Shown piece after piece: positions 6,264 to 7,019 of a stretch of 7,019 bases of DNA. Positions within the stretch are counted from its first letter, which is position 1; each line of letters opens with the position of its first letter. The notes beneath the pieces are model-generated. The model was not told the DNA's origin. It ran no database searches and was given only the letters and a program-made list of their open reading frames with translations. Position numbers and translations under genes: made by a program. Source of the DNA: Octopus sinensis (Eukaryota); contig NW_021829097.1 in assembly GCF_006345805.1 (NCBI RefSeq), positions 1-7,019 of the forward strand, in the 5' to 3' direction.

Positions 6264-6662
6264 TCTTTATATATAAAAGTAAGGTTGTGTGTCTGTCTCC
6301 TACGATTTAGATTCCTAACTACTCCCACATTTTGAGGTGCGGTTTAACCAAAACCGGGTATCTTATAGTCGTGATTCATATCGAGCCCTTCTGGGTATTA
6401 GCGCGCGTCTACGATGAGTCTACGATTTTAAAAAAAATTTACCATCATTTTTTTCCATTTTAATGCATTTTTTCGCTATTATATAAGGGAAGTAACTCTC
6501 TAAAAATGTCTACGATGAGTCAACGATTTTTAAAAAAAATTTACCATCATTTTTTTTTCCATTTTTAATGCGTTTTTTTGCTATTTTTTGGCTATAACTC
6601 TCTAAAAATGCTTTATAGTTATTTCCCTTACAAACCCGAGCAACGCCGGGCGATACTGCTAG
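6264..6662 (+). mobile_element. Non-autonomous Helitron (rolling-circle transposon), 399 bp, intact termini
   Basis: Inserted between A (6263) and T (6663). 5' TCTTTATATATAAAAG; 3' GC-rich hairpin CCCGAGCAACGCCGGG (6635-6650) 8 nt before terminal CTAG (6659-6662). No target-site duplication. These are the established Helitron hallmarks. Confidence 0.92.
6407..6609. repeat. Two-unit tandem duplication (101 and 102 bp) inside the Helitron
   Basis: Units 6407-6507 and 6508-6609 both begin GTCTACGATGAGTC[T/A]ACGATTTT...AAAAAAAATTTACCATCATTTTTTT and end TAACTCTCTAAAAAT. Confidence 0.95.
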
Positions 6663-6750
6663 TAAATTATAAATTAAAATCTAATATCGATTGGATCGAC
6701 TGTCTCTTTTGGTTAGTGACCCTCTATTACAACAACGACTAAGTGCTCAA

Positions 6751-6927
6751 CTCCTTCATATCATCATTCCTCTCTGTCTTTTCGTTTCTCTTACCTCCTC
6801 CTTACTCGTCTTTCTTTTGCTGTCTTCCTTTATTTCTTTCTTTCCTTCTATCTCTCCCTTTGCTTCTTCATTTCTTCCTTCCTTCATCGTCTCGGCTCAT
6901 CTTCCAGCCTCTTCTTGTTTTCGTCTT
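6751..6927. repeat. Polypyrimidine low-complexity tract
   Basis: Manual count: 147 of 170 nt in 6751-6920 are C or T (about 86%), mostly CTT/TTC/CCT-type units. Confidence 0.9.
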
Positions 6928-7019
6928 AAGCTTTACACGCTGACAACTTACATTTCTGAATTATTTTACAAAGAGACATAAATCTTCAATCTTCAACATA
7001 GTAATACTCCTCTTGCACT

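Noticed and set aside
6691-6981. 96-aa and 66-aa Phe/Leu/Ser-rich ORFs resembling membrane proteins
   Set aside because: A pyrimidine tract cannot readily form stop codons and translates to F/L/S/P by composition alone.
1-7019. CRISPR array, operon or other prokaryotic system
   Set aside because: No regularly spaced repeat-spacer array and no gene-dense coding structure; the repeats are eukaryotic SINEs, a Helitron and microsatellites.

Overview
AT-rich eukaryotic non-coding DNA, most likely intronic or intergenic, with roughly half the window covered by interspersed repeats. The repeat families resemble octopus (coleoid cephalopod) repeats as I recall them; this taxon call is recognition from memory, not a database result. 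I find no credible intact protein-coding gene, and most supplied ORFs lie in SINEs, microsatellites or low-complexity tracts. Contents: (i) about eight copies or fragments of a ~200-230 bp tRNA-derived SINE (family A, Deu/Nin-domain-like core); (ii) three copies of a ~400 bp tRNA-derived SINE with an internal CA/TA microsatellite (family B); (iii) one nested copy and one fragment of a third SINE (family C); (iv) a 399-bp non-autonomous Helitron with intact termini and an internal ~101-bp tandem duplication; (v) a frameshifted non-LTR reverse-transcriptase fossil not shown in the ORF track; (vi) a probable Penelope-like remnant with a decayed minimal hammerhead ribozyme; (vii) a 100-nt minus-strand unit with A box, B box, tRNA-like body, a 12-bp terminal stem and a T5 terminator. 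Item (vii) is the best candidate for something undescribed. Family labels A/B/C are local names for this window only.
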